Assembly: GCF_009914755.1 (NCBI RefSeq)
Contig: NC_060943.1
DNA length: 64,000 bases
From: the human T2T-CHM13v2.0 reference genome, Homo sapiens
Reading direction: 5' to 3' (one strand)
The position numbers were made by a program, and so were the translations under genes. Under the pieces are notes generated by a model. The model ran no database searches, had not been told where the DNA came from, and saw nothing but the letters and a program-made list of their open reading frames with translations. Each line of letters opens with the position of its first letter. Position 1 is the first letter of the stretch. Below are positions 53,126 through 64,000 of the stretch, one piece after another.

Positions 53126-55337
53126 TCAAGTCACCTTCATCAGCCCCCCACTCACTTGGGCCGGGCCCTGCCTCACCCCCCACCCCACGGTTCAGCCTCG
53201 CACCCTGTGCGCTGGCCGCCTCTCTCCTGCCAGATGCCTCCCCGTCCCCCTTTCTGGCCTCCCGGCTGTCAGCATGGGCCTCTCCAGACATCGGTCCTTC
53301 TTTCCCTGTCACCTCTACCTCCTCCCTGGCTCCAGCCCTCCCCAGTCATGTCCCCTGGTCCCGAGGCCGCCCACCGGCCTTGAAGGGAACCCGGAGCATC
53401 AACCTCCGCACCTGCTGCCCCTCTTCAGCCACTGCCCTCCCCTCACCATCTCATCCACCCACACGCCACCTCCTCCAAGGAGCCCTCCCACCTGCCTGGG
53501 GCTGACAGGCCCATCCCATGTGTCTGTCTTGGGGCTGGGCCTGTGTGGTCATCGTGTGCCCCGGCGCCCGGCGAGAGTTCGGTGAACATCTGCCCCGTCG
53601 GGATCACCCGGGAACCCGAGATCTCCCCCACCCGTAGCAGCTCCCTTTCTTAATCCTGGGCACCTGCCACGGATCTGGCCATGACTCCACAGCTGAGAGT
53701 GCCGTCTCCTAATCCCCCGGCCCGAGGCTCTCCCTTAATCACCGACCTCCGGCCCCTAATCCTCTCCCGGATTGTCCCCATCTGTAAATCCTGGACGGCC
53801 TCCGGCCTGAGGCTGGGCTCCTGCGGGGAGGGCCTGGCTGCCCTCGCCCGTTCCCCAACCCGGGACTCAGGCTCCAGCAGGGGCTGAAGACCCCCTGGGC
53901 AGGCCCTCCCCTGGGATCCAAGGGGCTGAGGGTCCTGGGCCTTCTGTTGCCAGGAGACCTGGTGTCCTCGTGGGGTTTGGGAGCCGGGTCGGCGGCCTCC
54001 TCCCCCAAGCTTCATCCAGCCCTGGAGAGACGGGGACCTGCGTCGGCTTTGGGAACTTCAGGGGAAGAACCCTGAGCTCGGGGCAGGAGAATGACATGGT
54101 CTGTCTGGGTTCCCATCCCACTGTTTCACTTATGGCTGGAGGAGCCTCAGTTTCCGTGTCAGAGCCGAGAGAGAGGCTGGGCGGCTGTTGGAGGAGGGCT
54201 GAGCTCACATCGGTGTCAGGTGCCGGGGGCCCCACTGAAGCCACTCTGGAGTGAGAGGGGGTCCGAGGCTTCTTCCGGTCCCCCAGGTGTGAGAGCTGAG
54301 GCCGGAAGGTTTCCCCAGGGACCCAGCCTCATCCCGGCCTCCGGAGCTGGTCTCCCTCCCTGCCTGCGAGGGCCAAGCTGGACAAAGTGGCAGGACCCCC
54401 GCGTTTCCGAGGAAGGGGCCCTCGTAGAGGCCTCACTGTTACCTGTCGGGGATGGGTTTTAAATACAGGATTTAATGATGGTCACTGATGTTTCTGTGAC
54501 AGCTGAGGGGGGCCTGTCCCTGCTCAGCACTGGGGTTGGACAAGGAGGGCACAGGGTGCCCGGGGAGTGCTGGGGCCCGCCTGGGTCCCTATGGTGGCCG
54601 GATGGGGAAAGGGCTGCCGGACGCGGCTGCACAGAGTGTGAGGGGGAGTGGGGTTGGGCTTTGGGCCTTCCCCTGACCCCAGGTCCCCTCTCTGGGGTCC
54701 TGTCTTCTGGAGCTGCCTCCCCCTCCCCAGGGCGAGAGGCAGGAGAGGGTCTCCCAAGGTCACTCAGTCTAGTGTTGGGCAAGGAGAGGGTTGGGGTGGA
54801 GAGGGTTGGGGTGCACCGGCAGAGACAGTGACGCCCTGCAGGGCTCTGGGGTCCCCTCTGCCCCAGGCCTCGGTTTCCCCTTGGTAGGGGACATGCGTGG
54901 GCGCCCTTCTTCCTTCTGACCTCTGGCTGGTGACGACGAGGGTTGCGGCCCCAAGCCCTGCTTGGAGGCATTGTGGTTGGAACGGGCAGGCCCAGCCCCA
55001 CAAGGGACCCTCAGGGTGGCCACCCCACCTGTCCCTTCTCCTAGGCCCCTCTGCTCTGACCCCCGTAATCCCCAGGAATACTGCCCTGCTGGGCAAGATG
55101 GGCTGAGGAGTCCTTTCTGGGGACACAGGAGCAGAAGGCTCAAGGGAGGTGGTTTCCAGACAGTGTGGGCCGTGGATAAGAGGACAGTCCTGGGGTCTCA
55201 TCCTGCAGTCCCACTTCCATCAGAGGGGAGGTGTGGTACCTGCCCCCAGCTCACCCCAAGAATAAAGGGGGAGAATGTCTGTTAATCATCACCTGGAAAG
55301 GAGGCCTTCATGTTATATGGCCGTTTAAAACCAGGTA

Positions 55338-55800
55338 CCCCTTGGCGGTTTCTAGGTCCTCCTGGTGGTTTCTAGGTCTCCTTGGCGGTTTCTAGGTCCC
55401 CCTTGACAGTTTCTAGGTCTCCTTGGTGGTTTCTAGGTCTTCCTGGTGGTTTGTAGATCTCCTTGGCGGTTTCTAGGTCCTCCTGGTGGTTTCTAGGTCC
55501 CCCTTGGTGGTTTCTAGGTCCTCCTCGTGGTTTCTAGGTCTCCTTGGCGGTTTCTAGGTCCCCCTTGACAGTTTCTAGGTCTCCTTGGTGGTTTCTAGGT
55601 CTTCCTGGTGGTTTCTAGGTCCTCCTGGTGGTTTCTAGGTCCTCCTGGTGGTTTCTAGGTCCCCCTTGGTGGTTTCTAGGCCCTCCTGGTGGTTTCTAGG
55701 TCTCCTTGGCAGTTTCTAGGTCCTCCTGGTGGTTTCTAGGTCTCCTTGGCGGTTTCTAGGTCTCCTTGGCAGTTTCTAGGTCCCCCTTGGTGGTCTCTGG
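55338..55800. repeat. 20/21-bp minisatellite (GGTTTCTAGGTCCTCCTGGT), about 22 copies, HCN2 intron 1
   Basis: Invariant GTTTCTAGG core with a variable pyrimidine segment. Confidence 0.93.
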
Positions 55801-56123
55801 AGCCCCCTGGGAGTTTCTCCTCGCCCCTCGTGGGGGAGGTTTCTAGGCCCTGTGGCCTTCTCAACTGCTCTTTCCTGCTGGTTTTGTCCCAAGACTGGTG
55901 CTCGAAGGTGGGAGGCAGGTCTCAATCCAGAGGGTGAGGCTGGGGCTGAGCTCCACGGTGAGCCCCCTCGGGGCTGAGGGGCAGGGGGCCAGCGGCAGGC
56001 GGGTGGCATCCCCTCAGCCCACTCGGTGCTGGGGCCCTGGGGGTCTCGTTGCTGAGCAGATGTGTCGGACTGGGGGCCTGAGCCCTCATGTCCTGTCTAG
56101 ACTCAGGGAAAGGAAGGCCTTAA

Positions 56124-56679
<556 letters not shown>

Positions 56680-57375
56680 TAGTAGAGACGGGGTTTCACC
56701 GTGTTGGCCAGGATGGTCTCGATCTCTTGACCTTGTAATCTGCCCGCCTCAGCCTCCTTAAGCCCTGGAATTACAGGCGTGAGCCACCGTGCCCAGCCTG
56801 AGTCAGCCCTTCTCTAGGTTTTATCCCCAGCCTGGGTGGTTCTTGGGGGGTGTCCCGAAGGCTCAGCCCCTCCCCATCCCGAGGCGGTGGATGCTTGGAA
56901 GAAGAGACTGAGGTTCTCAGGGGCTGCAGGAACTTGTCCAAGGTCACTGTGCCAGCAGGCGGGTGCCAGCCCAGGTCTGGCTGATGCCACCACGATGTGA
57001 GTCGCTGGGTCCCTTCCAGCGTTTGGCTCTTGCAGACCGAGCTGCTGTGAACATTTTGGTACAAATGGCTTTTTAATTTTTTTCTCTTCCTTTTGGACCG
57101 TTTCCTCGGGATCATTTCCCCGAAGTGGAGCGTCTGGGTCACCCCGCAGACGTGGTGTTAACAGCTTTTCCCTCGAGGAGCCGTCCAGAAGCAAGGAGCC
57201 GACTTTCGGCGGCTCCTGAAACAAAGGTCCCGGCGGCCACGCCAGCGATGAGCTCCCAGGTTTTTCTTTATTGGTGTTAACTTTGGGGAGTCCCTCCAGT
57301 CCCTCAGCATCTCCTCCGAAAGGATGTGGGGACCCCGGCCATGATAGGGAGGGGCTGGGCCTGGGGTGGGGATAA

Positions 57376-57480
<105 letters not shown>

Positions 57481-57507
57481 TAACATGGTGAAACCCCGTC
57501 TCTACTA

Positions 57508-58478
<971 letters not shown>

Positions 58479-58948
58479 TGATGCGACCACCTTTGCCTCC
58501 CAGAGTGCTGGGATTACAGACGTGAGCCACCACACCCGGCCTAATTTCTGTATTTTTAGTAGAGACGGGGTTTCACCATATTGGCCAGGCTGGTCTCAAA
58601 CCCCTGACCTCAAGTGATCCGCCTGCCTTGGCCTCCCAAAGTGCTGGGAACACAGGCGTGAGCCACCGCACCCAGCAGGCTTTTTTCTTTTATCAGTTTT
58701 CCAATTAGCCATTGTAAAACCTATCAATCAGTGTCATTAAGCCCATTCTTGCTGTTGTACAACCGTCACCACTATCCATAGTCCATACCTTTCTCATTCC
58801 CCCGGACAGAAACCGCACCCCGCACATGCCACTTCTCACCCCTCCAACCCCCGGCCCCCGGCACCCATGCATCCCCTTCCTGTCTCTGGATTGGCCTGTC
58901 CTGGACATTTCGTAGAAATGGGCTCACACGGCCGGGCGCAGTGGCTCA

Positions 58949-59233
<285 letters not shown>

Positions 59234-59969
59234 TCACTGAACGTGACGTCCTCAAGGGGCATCTGCGCCGTGGCCTGGGTCAGAGCCTCACTCCTTTTCG
59301 TGGCTGAGTCGTGTTCCATGGTGGACGGGTCGCGCCGTGTTTGTCCCTCCGTTTGGTGATGGGCACCTGGGCTGCCTCTGCCTTTTTGCTACTGTGGATC
59401 GAGCTGGTGTGAACACAGCGGAGTGGTCGTCGTCCGCAGTCGAGCTGGTGTGAACACGGTGGGGTGGTTGTCGTCCGCAATCAAGCTGGTGTGAACACGG
59501 CGGGGTGCTCGTCCGTCCTTGTTTTCATTTCTTTGGGTATAATCTCGGGGCAGGGAGAGGCTGGTAATTTTATGTCTTTTTAAGGAGCCACCCGTGTTTG
59601 CTCCGAGTCGTTTTGATTTTCATTTTCTCGATAGCGAAAGGGTTGGGCATCTGTCCAGTAGCCATTTGCTGACCCTCTATGACCTCCTGTGTGGACGCGG
59701 CACTCCCAGCACCGTGTCTGGCCCGCCATACGCAGGCCCTGAACCGACAGGACCTTTTCTGCCAGAGCTTCCCAGGGAGAGTTTTGGGATCCACCTTGGG
59801 GACTTGGACTCTGGCCGGGTGTATCTGGGAGTGGAAACGCCCTCTGGTCTCTTGTCCACGGGTATTTATCATACGGAACGTCCGAATGGTGCCAAGTCCG
59901 GCTCGGCCGTTCCTCCCACCCTCTCGGCCTCCCCTGTGGCGCCAGCCCCGTCTCTGCTTGGCTTCCCTC

Positions 59970-60735
59970 CCTCCTGTGTGGACGCCCCACTTCCTCCCCT
60001 CTCCTCCTGCGTGGACGCCCCACTCCCTCCTCTCTCCTCCTGCGTGGACGCCCCACTTCCTCCTCTCCTGCGTGGACGCCCCACTCCCTCCTCTCTCCTC
60101 CTGCGTGGACGCCCCACTCCCTCCTCTCTCCTCCTGCGTGGACGCCCCACTCCCTCCTCTCTCCTCCTGCGTGGACGCCCCACTCCCTCCTCTCTCCTCC
60201 TGCGTGGACGCCCCACTCCCTCCTCTCTCCTCCTGCGTGGACGCCCCACTTCCTCCTCTCCTGCGTGGACGCCCCACTCCCTCCTCTCTCCTCCTGCGTG
60301 GACGCCCCACTTCCTCCTCTCTCCTCCTGCGTGGACGCCCCACTTCCTCCTCTCTCCTCCTGCGTGGACGCCCCACTCCCTCCTCTCTCCTCCTGCGTGG
60401 ACGCCCCACTCCCTCCTCTCTCCTCCTGCGTGGACGCCCCACTTCCTCCTCTCCTGCGTGGACGCCCCACTCCCTCCTCTCTCCTCCTGCGTGGACGCCC
60501 CACTCCCTCCTCTCTCCTCCTGCGTGGACGCCCCACTCCCTCCTCTCTCCTCCTGCGTGGACGCCCCACTCCCTCCTCTCTCCTCCTGCGTGGACGCCCC
60601 ACTTCCTCCTCTCCTGCGTGGACGCCCCACTCCCTCCTCTCTCCTCCTGCGTGGACGCCCCACTCCCTCCTCTCTCCTCCTGCGTGGACGCCCCACTTCC
60701 TCCTCTCTCCTCCTGCGTGGACGCCCCACTTCCTC
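59970..60735. repeat. 33-bp minisatellite with a 29-bp variant (CTCCTGCGTGGACGCCCCACTCCCTCCTCTCTC), about 23-24 copies
   Basis: Tandem array; explains the SSCVDAPLPPL repeat ORFs. Confidence 0.95.
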
Positions 60736-61184
60736 TGGAAATGCAGCCGGTGCTGCCCTGGTTCAGTCTTCCTGTGGCCCCTGTGGAGGCTCCCGCTTCT
60801 CAGTAAGGCATCTGGGGCCCTCACCTCCCGGCGTGAGCTGAGCACGGTTCATTTCCCACCCTGGCTTCCCGCCTTCGCTCTCCCTGTGCGCGCCGCCCTG
60901 CCTCGCCCTGCTGCTTCCCAGTGCCCCTCTGCACCCCGGCTCCTCTCTGCTCCTCTGCTGTCCTGTCCTGTCTATTTTTTTAACGCCAACCTTGTGCCAG
61001 GCACATTGTCCCTCTCTGGTCATGTGAAGCACTTAATCTATTTTGAGCCACCTCTTGGGCCTTGTGAGGTCTCCTGCATCTTCAAGGACACGGGGTCAAA
61101 GTTGGGCCTGAGGAAGGGACCTGGGCTAGGGCAGCGCAGTGGGCGTTGGGCTCCCTCGGGGCTGGGTGGCCTTCCTGGGGTGGG

Positions 61185-64000
<2,816 letters not shown>

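Overview
Human (or closely related primate) GC-rich, Alu-dense genomic DNA matching the distal 19p13.3 gene order GZMM - BSG - HCN2, all on the + strand. The window holds the complete 5-exon GZMM gene (257 aa), the complete BSG/CD147 gene (269-aa form, the 116-aa extra Ig exon of the 385-aa form, and an upstream alternative first exon), and HCN2 exons 1-3. Between GZMM and BSG lies a degenerate HERV-I-like provirus on the - strand (18346-29850). It has paired LTRs, a 4-bp AAAT target-site duplication and gag/integrase/env remnants, and it contains a nested fragment of a second, ERV3/HERV-E-clade retrovirus plus about 13 Alus. The most notable structure is that the upstream BSG first exon (ATG 29439, MKQSDASPQER, donor 29471) lies antisense within the retroviral leader. 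It sits downstream of a GC-box/G4 array that grew out of the gag proline-rich region and faces the 5' LTR promoter. Several minisatellites arose from recognisable retroelement sequence or overlap splice sites of BSG and HCN2. No prokaryotic-type system (CRISPR etc.) is present. Gene and repeat-family names come from recalled sequences, not a database search, and Alu and repeat boundaries are approximate.
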